Source of the DNA: the human T2T-CHM13v2.0 reference genome, Homo sapiens | NCBI RefSeq assembly: GCF_009914755.1 | Contig: NC_060939.1 | DNA: 64,000 bases | Reading direction: 5' to 3' (one strand) | Shown: positions 1 through 12,215 of the stretch, piece after piece | Layout: each line of letters starts with the position of its first letter | Position numbering within the stretch: the stretch's first letter is position 1 | Position numbers and translations under genes: made by a program | The notes under the pieces: model-generated | The model's database searches: none | Seen by the model: the letters and a program-made list of their open reading frames with translations, nothing else | What the model was told of the DNA's origin: nothing

Positions 1-219
1 GGAGGTGAGGCCAAGTACAGATTACATCAATCTAGCAGGTAGCCAAGAAGGAAGTAGACATTATTCTTCCCTCCCACCCATAGGGAGCCCGACTCCAGGA
101 AGTCACTGAAATGCAGGGAGGCTCAAACCTTAACTCGGAAAAACCTGCATGGGCTGCAGGGGAGAGGATCTAAAGGCAGTGGTGGGCCCACCCTCACTTT
201 ACTGTGCTTTTTCACTTTA

Positions 220-633
<414 letters not shown>

Positions 634-929
634 TAGGAAACCTCTCCTGCCTCCTGATCTCCCAGCCTCAGAGAAAGTCAATGCTGGGAAGGCAGGCACA
701 GGTCCCCTCCTGGAGGGGGACAGGCTTACTCTGCACAGGAGTTTCCCAAAATCCCCTTGGATAGCTCTGTGATGCTTCTCCTAACAGTTACCTGATGCCT
801 GCAGTTTGTTTAACTATAAAATTCTGCATAAGGGACTGAGAGTCCGACTTTTTTGGCACATCAAATAGCTTGGAGCATACAACTATGTTTGCTGTGTGCC
901 ATTTAGCACTAAATGTCAAGACGATACAG

Positions 930-1392
930 TCCAAATATTCATCATCTAGTGAATAGATGAACAAAAGGTGGTGTAGCCATACAACTGGATATTATTTGGC
1001 AATTAAAAGGAAAAAAGTACTGATCCATGCTATATCATGGATGGACCTTGAAAATACTATGCTAAGTGAAAGAAGCCAGTCACAAAGGACCGCATGTTGT
1101 ATGATTGCACTTTTACAAAATGTCTAGAACAGGCAAATCCACAGACAGAAGGAAGATTAGTGGTTGCCTAGGGCTAGTGGGTTTGGGAGAAGCAGAGAGT
1201 GACTGCTAATGGGTAAGGGGGTTTTTTGGTAATGAAATGTTCTAAAATTGATGATGATGATGGTCACACAACTCTGAATACATTAAAGCCATTTAATGGC
1301 TTTAATACACTATATGCGAATGTACTAATGGCTTTAGGACACTATAAATGGGTGAATTGTATATAAATTATATCTCTGTTTTTTTAAAAAAG
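930..1392 (+). mobile_element. L1MB-type LINE-1 3' end
   Basis: atggatggaccttgaaaatactatgctaagtgaaagaagccagtcacaaagg...gattagtggttgcctaggg...aaatgggtgaattgt. Confidence 0.85.
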
Positions 1393-1454
1393 AACCATAA
1401 AAATACTCACATGCTTTCACCAGGTGATATCAACTCTACCCTATATGCAGGTTC

Positions 1455-1620
1455 TTTATGAAGCACTTTTCATATATTGGCCTCAGACAGTATCTCAACA
1501 CCCTGCACAGTCAGTGCTATCCCCATTATAGAGATCAGGAAGTTGAGACTCACAGAGTTACAGTCACAGAGCCAATTTGCCACAGATCTAGAACTTAAAG
1601 TCAGATTATCTGAGTCCAGG
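1455..1620 (-). mobile_element. MIR
   Basis: Degenerate core ccccattatagagatcaggaagttgagactcacagagtta. Confidence 0.65.
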
Positions 1621-3233
1621 TGCATTGTATTCTGGGAATTTGGCCTCTAGAGAGACTTCAAATGAAAGAACATAGTTTCATAGACAAGAAAAAGCTGGAA
1701 ACAAGCTAAGCATTCTCCACTAAGGAACAGCTTTGGCAATCAGATGTTCTGGATGCAATAGACAATTATATAAACATTAAAATAGCAAGTATGAACATCA
1801 TAAGGGACATGTTTATAAAATAATAAGTGAACATGCACAAATGATATGTATGGTTTGATTCAATTTTTGTATTAGAGAACACAGATGCAAAAGTGCATGA
1901 GGATAACAAATAGTTGAGTGAAACTTTTCCTTTTAAAATTTCCTGTGTTTTAAAAGTAAGAAAATGAGAAGAAACACCTGCATAGACATCCCTAACCAAC
2001 AGAGCAGTGCACTGCTGTCATCCAATCAAGGGTGTACTTGAGGGACAGGCCACAGAGCTGCAGCATCACCAAGGGCCTTACAGATGACAGGGGAGGAAAG
2101 GGTAGGATCCCCTTTTCAGTCTGCAAACATAAGACCTCTTTGTTTAAAGGAGGCATAGGAAAGTTGGCCAGAATTTATTGTCACAGCTGATCCTTCCCTC
2201 AAGGTGTCCTGGACATGAGGCCCTCCTCTATTTTCACCTCCTGTGCATACCTCCATCATGGGATTCAGCCCATTTTACTGAAATTCTCTATATATTATTC
2301 TCCCTTAGTAGACTGTAATTGTCCAGCCTTGTACCCCCAGGCACCAACTACAGTGGATACACAGTAGATCTGCAGTGCATGTTTTCTGAATGGACTTGGG
2401 CTAGTATCTCTTCATTACCTGCCATCCTCTTGAGCTAGACTTTTACAGACCAACACTTAGTACAGCTTCCTGATCAGTGTTGCTGTCTTCAGCCCTCCAC
2501 CCACACACCCAATCCACACCCCACATTCCCCAGTATATTGTCCTACAACGCAGACATCATCATGTTCTCTGCTCAAGATTATTTTCTCCTTCCCATCAAG
2601 CCTGAGCTCCTTGGCCAGGCCCCAGGGGCCTTTCACCACCTAGCCTCATTCTACTTGCCCAAATGTACTCTGCTTCCCAGCAGACACACCCCAACACACT
2701 CATTTCCACCTCTGGGTTTCTGCTAGCCCTATTTGCCTAAACTAGGAGGTCGTCTGCCTACCCAAATGCTACTCCTGTTTTAAGTTCAAGTTCCAGCTCC
2801 TCCTGGAAGTCTTCCCTGACCATGCCACCCCCCAGGAATCCTCACCTTGGAATATGTTAGCTCCTAAAGTTCAGTACACTTAATTGTCTCTTTATGCTCA
2901 TTTCTTTACTGTGTTTGCCTTTCCCCCCGCCCCTAAATTAGGTTAATCTGTTAAGGGCAGGGCAATGTCTTACACTTCATCTGTGTGACCCACCACACCC
3001 ACTGTAAGAGAGGCACCTTACAGCAGCTCAAGACTTCGAGGTGGTTAGCACTAAAAATCTGAAACACAGTCATGATGAGTAACGACAAAAGCAGTTTCCA
3101 GTGGCACAAAGGCTTGTTCTAGGCAGCCAGCACAGTTGGGCTGTGGGTAAGAGGGTTTGTCAAAGGGCCTTAGAATTGTAAACCTATGCCACTGAAACAA
3201 ACTGAGTTCTCTGTAGCACCTGATGGTATAAAC

Positions 3234-3419
3234 CAGTGTTTCTCAAAGTGTGACCCGAGACCAGTAAGATCAGGATCATCTGGGAACCTGTCAGAAATGC
3301 AAATTATCAGGCCCTAAGCTCAGACCCACAGAGTCAGGAACTCTGGGGGTGGGGCCCAGCATCTGTGGTTTGATAAGCCCTCTGAGGATTCTAATGCCCA
3401 CCAAAGTTTGAGAACCACG
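3234..3419. mobile_element. MER5A (hAT-Charlie MITE), near full length
   Basis: TIRs cagtgtttctcaaa...tttgagaaccac; internal gaaatgcaaattatcaggccc and ggggtggggcccagc. Confidence 0.9.
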
Positions 3420-4444
3420 AGTTCTCACGCAACAGGAATATCCTGGTATGCCAGAAGGTTCAGTTTCTTCTATCTCTAAAGACGGCCTATAAATATCATT
3501 TTTAACTTATGTCTTTCTGTTTACTACTACTCTCAATAACAATAGTAATAATATAACAACAGTATTGACTGCTTAGTGTCCTCTGCCAACTTTCCCAACT
3601 ACAGTTTTCAGGAGCAAGAAGTTATCAGCATAGGTATAGGCATGGGGATCCGCATTCTTGGCTTTTTCAATGTGATGATGATCCCTACATTTGTCTCTCA
3701 GCCTCAAACCAGTTATTTCTCATCACTCCCAAATCCCAGCTGACCACTTCAGGCAAAGTCCCCACCCGCCTGCCTTAATGTCTTGATTTTCAGAGTTGGC
3801 ACTTTAATTGTTCTGAGCCCCTACTGCAGTTTTGGTCTCTCATTTGTCTACCCATCCCCACTTCGGAAAACAATGGGTCAGTCTGCTACCAGCTTGGGTT
3901 TTATCCCATTCATGAAGACAAGCTTCCCATGGACTCATTCTTCAGCACCTGTCCCAGCTCTGCATGTCAGTGGGTGGGGTGGGTTTGTGTGTAGAACAGC
4001 AGCCGAGCTTCCTGTAATCTTGTTTATAAACTGTTGATGCATGTCCTGACCGCATCACAAGAGGGTTCACAGGGAAGCCGTCAGTCTTGGGGCAGAATCT
4101 GCAGGGCACCAGCAACCCCATGTGGAGGTGGCTGACTCATTCTGTGGTCTCCTGTCTGGGGACATAGCAACAACACAGACCCAGAGCTACTTGGCAGAGG
4201 GCCCCACTCATGGTAGGCACCCAATCTGAACCCTCCAGATTAGCATAAAGGCAGGACAATGGAACAGATAAAGCCATATGCAAAGGATCAGGATCAACAG
4301 CTCAGGTTGGAGTGGAAAAAACACAGGTGGAGGATTGGCTGTGCTTGTGGCTTTGCACCCCCAACTACGTGACTTCTGGCACCAAGTCACCTCTTGCCTG
4401 TGAGCCTCTTTTCCCTAAAAGTTAGAGAGTAAAGATGATCTCAA

Positions 4445-4675
4445 GCTGGGCACAGTGGCTCACACCTGTAATCCCAGCATTTTAGGAGGCCGAGGTGGGT
4501 GGATCACTGGAGGTCAGGAGTTCCAGACCAGCCTGGCCAACATGATGAAACCCCATCTCTAACTAAAAATACAAAAATTAGCCAGGCATGGTGGCGGGCA
4601 CCTGTAATCCAAGCTACTCAGGAGGCTGAGGCAGGAGAATCGCTTAAACCCAGGAGGCGGAAGCTGCAGTGAGCC
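4445..4675 (+). mobile_element. AluS, 3'-truncated
   Basis: Both arms and A-rich linker present; stops at gcagtgagcc with no tail. Confidence 0.92.
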
Positions 4676-4754
4676 TAGACTCAAAACACTCAAGTGTTTG
4701 TGGAAGTGTTTAGGAGAAAAACAACGCTACAGCCTTATACACTCCAGGTTGATG

Positions 4755-4941
4755 CTTGGATAATGAAAATGTTCTATATCTGTGCTGTCTAATGTGGTAG
4801 CTGCTAGCCACGTGTGGCTACTGAACACTCGAAATGTGGATAGTACAACTGAGAAACTAATTTGCAATTTTACTTATTTTTAATTACATTTAAATTTAAG
4901 CAGTCAGATGTTGTTGGTGACTACCACATTGGACAATGCAG
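4755..4941. mobile_element. MER3 (hAT-Charlie)
   Basis: aatgttctatatctgtgctgtctaatgtggtagctgctagccacgtgtggcta...cattggacaatgcag. Confidence 0.82.
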
Positions 4942-5469
4942 CTCTAACTGAATTCATGAAATGCAAGTCCTTGAGAACTCTGTCTCCATATAGTAAGTGA
5001 AAAAATAAAACTGCTCCTCCAGTTTGCACATGCTTTACTCTAAGTGGGAGAAATTCCAAGGACCACTTAAAGAAGTCCCAGGAAGCAAAACCCCTCTTCT
5101 TGGGCCCTCAGCCCAGCTTGGCCACCAGCCACCTTCATGGAAAGTAATGAGTCTTTTCCAGCCCCCCAGCCTTGATCTCTCTGTGTGTCAGTTCCTTCCG
5201 TAAAGTGCAGACCAGCCACTCTGATTTCCTCACACAGTTGCAAGAACACACTGCAAAGCTGTACCATAAGGAATCTTAAAAGTCCTGGCAAACATACATT
5301 ACTGACTGTCACTACCCCTCACTGCTGCAGCAACCTTCCTGAAGCCTCAATACATGACCCATTAACCACTGAGAGGCTGGAAAGAGGTGACCATACTGCG
5401 GGATGGGAGAACATCCACTGATTTATCAAACATTCAGTAAAATAGTCTACGTGGCTTATATGCCACATG

Positions 5470-6040
5470 CATTCAAGAAATGTGATAAATCGATGCACTA
5501 ACAATTCCATTTTCCAGAATTTATCTGACAATTTTACCAGTACAAGGGTGACACAAGAGTTTGTCTTGTTTACAGTTAAATCCTTAGTGCCTAGAACCAT
5601 ACTTGGCAGACAGCAGATGAGTAAATGAGGTATGCAGATGTATGTAAAAAGATGCGCATTTCAGCAACAACCTAAATGTCTATCAAGACGGTACTGCTTA
5701 AATTAATTATGGTCCATCCATAACAGGTGGTCTATGCAGCTTTTAAAAAGATACACATACCTGATCTGGGAAAATACACAAGATTAAAATACAAAGTTAC
5801 AGAACAACATTCTGATCCCATCTGTGTATATAGTCTGTTCTACCTTTTTGAAAATATAGACTATGCATATGTATGTTCATATATGCATTGACAATTTCTG
5901 GAAGGATATACAAGAAACTTAATGATCACTTATGAGGAATAGGACTAGAGAGGTTCAGGAGGATGGTGGGAGGGAACTTTTAAATGCACTATTTGATTTT
6001 GTTATTAACTGATTTTCTTTCTTAACTATACAAGTTAAAC
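5470..6040 (+). mobile_element. Old L1ME-like relic with an L2 3' piece (~5555-5625)
   Basis: caacctaaatgtctatcaag, aaattaattatggtccatccata, tctggaaggatatacaagaaact. Confidence 0.55.
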
Positions 6041-7787
6041 ATGATCATGTTAAGCATTCTATCTGGGGCACTGCATAGCCAATGAATATATTTATATAGG
6101 GAATGACTGTAAAATGTTTACACTACAACATAAATAGGGAAATGGGATATAAATTGTATCTTCGATATGATCATAATGTCAAACAGACAAGAAAGAATTC
6201 ACAGAAGCAAAACTATGTCAGTCCCTACTAGCCTAGTCCCTGAAAGGAGGCCTGAGACCCCTGCCACCCCAGACCCCCAGACAACCCATAAGGTGGCAAC
6301 CAAATCATTAAAGAGCCGACTCATTTCACGGTGCATGTGCACAAAGCAGTCACAATAACATTTTGGTTGTTCTGTAAAATGAGACCAGTCTAACTCCCTT
6401 GTTCTGCATGGGATTATGGAAATGGGGTAACCTGCCATTATCTTTATACAAGGGTTAAGATCTTGTTCTTCATTACTGAGATTTTAAGCTGGGAGGCTGC
6501 AAGTCACAAGACATTAAGTGAATGTGGGCAGTCTTAAGAGGCCAGGAACTAACAGCTTAAACTACACTACGTGCCTTTAAGACTTAGTAATTGGGCAGAA
6601 AAGTGAAACCAGGAGAGAAGCTTTCAACAGCTATGTCTCTGATTACCTTGCATTCAGTCCTATGGAAGCAAATACCTTAAGAAAACATGAGGAGAAGGGG
6701 CAAGAACTTTAAAAGTAGAAAAACCTAAGGGCTAGAAAGGCCCTGAGATACCATCTAGCCTAACCCTCACATTGCCAGAGAAGGAACTGAGCGCCAGATA
6801 AGAATGCATTCCTTCTAAAATGATTGCAGACCTGGGAAGGAGGGTGCTATTAAGTGAACAGAGTTATAGGTTTCCTGGCAGCGGTGACTGAGAAAGCAAG
6901 CTGGATTTGAGAAATTATTCATTCTGGAAAACTACAGTTGGCCTCATATCACATCAAAGCCAGAGGAAACATGGGACCAGTCCCTGTAAGTGGTCCAGCC
7001 TCACATGAATAAATCATGATGCCATTATGAGCAGATAGAAATCTCCTGCTTCAGGACTAATTAGTCATTTCACTTAGAAAATGGGAGAGGCCCCAACCTT
7101 CTCTGGGTGTGGCTGGCAGCTGTGCCAGAAAGAAACACCTTCTAGCCAGGGTTCTGGCCAGGAGGCTAGGCTGCCAGAGGCCTTGCTGAGGTTGCACCAA
7201 CACAGGTCAAGTGTTTATCTACTTGGTTTTCCTCTAACTAGGCTCCCAGATGGACTTCACCTACCCACGGAGAACCTGATCCTTGGGAAATGGGGTTATC
7301 ACAGAGAATGCTTTACAGGGAAAAGCATGGTCCATCCTGCAGTTTGGGTTTTTAGGAATACTACCTGCGGAGGCAGCACTGCTGGGACCAGGATCAGGGA
7401 ATGGGATCTCTGACCCTACCTTGGCCACAAGGAGAACATTTATGTTGGTCCAGGCCCTGGCCTTATCAGACATGAGCCTTCAGAGACCTGAGAGCTGTTG
7501 GGACAATCACACAGTGTTCTGCCTGAAAAGGACCTTTGATAGTATCCGATAGTCCAACATTCTGGCTTTCCACAGGAAGAAATGAAAACCCTGGGAGTAG
7601 GTCACTTGTTCAAAATCACCCAATGATTTAGGAACAGAGAGGAGACAAGACCAAACACTTTCCTATGCCAGTTGAGCAGCCAAGGAGGCACTGACAGGTG
7701 TTTACCAAAGACTGCATGGTACTGCAGGGGGGCTTACATCTAACTGGAAAAACAAGGCCTGATCCCTCAGAAGAGTTAATATTATTA

Positions 7788-8438
<651 letters not shown>

Positions 8439-8673
8439 TTACCACTCTGACGTTCAAAAGTAGCTAATCCCAGAGCTGCTCTGTGAGCTCTTTATATAAG
8501 GTCTTCCCATTGCCTAAAGGTCTAAAGGATCGAGACCACTTGACCACAACACTCAGGGCACTGCTATAGGCAGAGTAGAGGCAGCTGCTGTCAGCTCAGT
8601 GCCCAGCCTGCAGTGAGTGGATTGACCCCCAAAGTTCTCATGCAACTCCAAGAAGAAACAGGGGTGGGCAGTC

Positions 8674-9161
8674 ATAGTGGGTTGAATAGTGGCTCCCTAA
8701 AATATATTTCCATATTCTAACCCCTGGCACATGTGACCATGACCTCATTTGGAAAAAGGGCCTTTGCAGATGTAATTAATTTATGGATCTTAAGATGAGA
8801 TCATTCTGGATTACCTGAGTGGGCCCCAAATCCAATGACAGATGCCATAAGAGTGAGGCAGGCAGAGATTAGACAGAAGAGAACTCACAGAGACACACAG
8901 GGAGAAAGCAACATGAAGATGGAGGCAGAGATTGGAGTGATGTGTCTACAAGCCAAGAACACAAAGGATCACCAGCAGCCACCAGACGCTAGGAGACAGG
9001 TATGGAACTGATTCTGTCTCAGAGCCTCCCCAAGGAATCAACCCTGCTGACACCTTGATTTTGGACTTCCGACCTCTACAACTGGGAGAGAATAAATTTA
9101 TGTTGTTTGAAGCCACCCAGTTTGTGGCCATTTGTTATGGAGGCCCCAGCAAACTAACACA
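8674..9161 (+). mobile_element. MLT1C-like MaLR solo LTR
   Basis: gggttgaatagtg...ctttgcagatgtaattaa...ggaggcagagattggagtgatg...ccctgctgacaccttgattttggacttc...aaactaacaca. Confidence 0.9.
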
Positions 9162-9496
9162 GCAGGGAAAGGGGGCATAGGGAGGAAGGCTTGGGTTCTT
9201 CAGGAAAGCATCCGAGAGGACAAAGCAGCCTCTGCTCTTCAGGGCCCACGCAGCGCAGGGAGGGCTGGCTCCAGGGGACTGCAGGTCAGCATGGCCATAA
9301 GCAGGAAAGTCCTCCTCTCTCTCAGGTACTGCCGCCACCAGCAGGACACACGGCCTCTTACAGATTCTCTGCCCACAGCCATGGTCCTGTCCACCTCTCC
9401 AGCACCTTCCACACCTGACCCCCCTTATCCATGAGTTTCCCAAAGTAACTGGCACTATCCTTCTCCAGCAAGTTTCTTAGAGTCCATTATCACAGA

Positions 9497-10110
9497 GAGG
9501 CAGTGTAGTTCAGTGGAAATTGTTCTGGCTTTGGAGCCAAAGAGACATGGATTTTAATCCCAGGGTGACTTGGGATATGAGTGATTTGCCCTCAGTGAGC
9601 CTCAGTGTTCTCATCTGTAAAGTGGGGTAAATAATCGCTGCCTTGCAAGGTTATTGTGACAGTTAGAAATAGCATAGGCTGGGTGCAATGTCTCAAGCCT
9701 CTAATCCAAACACTTTGGAAGGCTGAAGTAGGAGGACTGATTCAGGCCAGGAGTTCAAGACCAGCCTAGGCAAGTAGCAAGACCCTGTCTCTACAAAATA
9801 TTTATAAATTAGCCGGGCATGTTTGCTCATGCTTGTAGTCCTAGCCGCTTCAGAGGCTGAAGTGGGAAGATCGCTTGAGCCCAGGAGGTCAAGGCCACAA
9901 TGAGCCATGACTATGCTACTGAGTTCTAGTCTGGGTGGCAGAGAAGAAAGAAAGGAGGAAAGAAAGAAGGGAAGGGGAAGGGGAAGGGGAAGGAAGGAAG
10001 GAGGGAAGGAAGGAAGGAAGGAAGGAAGGAAGGAAGGAAGGAAGGAAGGAAGGACGGACATGTAAAATGCCCAGCATATGGCCTGCATACAACAGGAGCA
10101 CAATAAATGG
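9497..10110 (+). mobile_element. MIR interrupted by an AluJ (9677-~9945) and its microsatellite tail
   Basis: MIR core ctcagtgttctcatctgtaaagtgggg before the Alu; MIR 3' part catgtaaaatgcccagc...caataaatg after it. Confidence 0.85.
9946..10055 (+). repeat. Purine tract: (GGGGAA-like)n then (GGAA)12 at 10004-10051
   Basis: Counted directly. Confidence 0.95.
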
Positions 10111-10724
10111 CAGGAATTTTCATCACCATTATTTACATCATGACAAAGTTTTTCTAGAACACTGGCCTAAGCCCAACTTGTTCTCATTGCTGTTGTGGAT
10201 ACAAAGAGATCCACAATGTGGGGGCTGTCCTTGGGGGCTCTCACTCAGCAGGGAGTTCTAGGGACCTACTGTGTTCCCTTTTCTTACTTGCCTTCAAGTC
10301 TCTTCTTCTCCAGACACTGGCTGTGACCTCAGTCCCCTAGGTACCTTCAGTAGGCACCTAATACATATTTGTTTTGTGACTAATGAATACATGATGTTGA
10401 GTGAGTCACCTAACCTCTTGAAACATCAGTTCCCTCATCTATAAAATGCAGCTAATAGTGTCTATCTACCCTGCTGCCTCACAGGGCAGTTGTAAAGACC
10501 AAATAGACAACAGCCAAGGAAGGCATAGGAAGAGAGCAAAGCACCACACGAAGCCCCACCTGCACCTCAAAGGCTGTCCAACCCTCCACCGAGGTGGCTC
10601 TGCTGGGCCTAGGACAGTCACAGTCAGGTCTCAAGGTGCTTGCATCTCCCTGTGCCTAGAGAGCCGCATTCCAGGACACGGGCAGGTCCACACCTTAACA
10701 GGTGCAAACCTCCCTGCTTTCGCT

Positions 10725-10850
10725 GGTCTGGAGTCAGAAAGCCTTGACTCAACTATGATGCTGCCTCTTCCTAGCTGTGTCTCCAGGCCACTTAACATCT
10801 CCAAGCCTCGGTTTTCTCTTTTGTAAAAAATAGTCAATTATCCCTGCCTA
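10725..10850 (+). mobile_element. MIR
   Basis: tctggagtcaga...tagctgtgt...cacttaacatctccaagcctcggttttctcttttgtaaaa. Confidence 0.7.
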
Positions 10851-12004
10851 ACTAGAAATGTAGCCATGAGCATTGAAACAGACAATGCATGGCAATGTGC
10901 TTTGTCAACTGTACAGTTCTGTACAAATTCAGGTGATTATTACAATGATTCCCATTGTGTTGAAAAGCAGCCACACTGGCCTGAGCCTCAGAGGAATACA
11001 GACTCCCGGAGAAGGAGGAGAGGACAAACACCACTGCTCCTTGCAATTCCTGTAACTTTGAAACCTGCTCCATAAAATTGCAAAATCCTATATGCCTTTG
11101 CCAGGAGACCAAAAATATTCAAGCCACGACTCTAGAGAACCACAAGATGAGCCATTTCTATAATGGGTACTGCTGGGCTTCAATCAACTCAGCTGCCTGG
11201 GCCAAAAAAGTCATTTTTTAAAAACACCACACACCACAATTTGGCCTCTCCCCCAAAACATACATCCTTTCTCTTAAGAAATTAAGTGAAATCCAACTTT
11301 GATGAAACCCAACTCTGAGGCATTCATTCTCAGAGAGCAGGCCCCTGGTTCCCTGGTGAGGCGGGCAGACAAGCATTCTCAAATGACGGTTTGCAGGTAG
11401 ACAGATCTCCAGTGGAGGTGGAAGAAATCAGCACTTGGCCAGTCCCAAGGGCTGTGAGGACAGGACCTGTGAGCCCAAGGAAGCAACTGCTGCCTCAGAC
11501 TCAGAAATTAGCTCTACTAACCCAGCGAAAAAGCTAAACAGCCTTAAGACTCTTTTACTGGTTGTTTTAATCAACCAGGTACGAAGAAGGTGAGAGACCA
11601 ACTCCTCTTCACCCACAGGCCTGGATGCCACAACCCCACACTCCAACTCCCTGCCCCGCAACAAATGGCCTCCCCCATCACATAGGCAGCCAGCAGATGA
11701 AAGTCCCTCCCAGACTGGAAATGGCCACCTGTCCCATGGTTCTCTGGGTCCCACAACCCAGGCCACCTGGCCCCTCTAGGTTGCACCAGGCTGAGGAAGG
11801 CAGACACACCCAGTCCTGGATTCAGGGCTAACAAGGCCAGGATCCTACCTGTAGCTACTCGCCCAGCTTTTACACCTGGGGCTGCCTCTTACTCCAAAGG
11901 TCCTCAGTCCTGGATGGAGACGCATGTACCTTATTTGTTAGCTCAGGCTCCCTTTAGCAGTTTCTGTTTTCTGTTGCAAAACTCTGAACCCTCTGAGAGA
12001 CACC

Positions 12005-12215
12005 CTAGCATGGTAGAAAGAGCAAATGCTTTGAGGCCAGGTTTGAGTCCAGGGCCTGCTGCTGACTGCCTCTGAGGATTTAGAGAAGTGACTTCTCCTG
12101 GCCTTGGTTTCCTCCTCCCTAAAAGGTGGCTAATGCCTGTCCAATAAGGCTTTGTAAGGTTATAACAATATGTGGATGGTGCCTGGTGTATGGTTGGTGC
12201 TTAACCAGTGGTAAT
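12005..12215 (+). mobile_element. MIR
   Basis: tagcatggtagaaagagc...ggccttggtttcctcctccctaaaa...gtgcctggtgta. Confidence 0.7.

Noticed and set aside
7420-7487. Possible 68-nt minus-strand exon (ctctcag|...AAG|GTAGGG) with ATG
   Set aside because: Weak pyrimidine tract with a competing upstream AG and a modest donor; expected by chance in 39 kb.
9935-10261. ORFs with EGRK or PSFL repeats
   Set aside because: Translation of the GGAA microsatellite.
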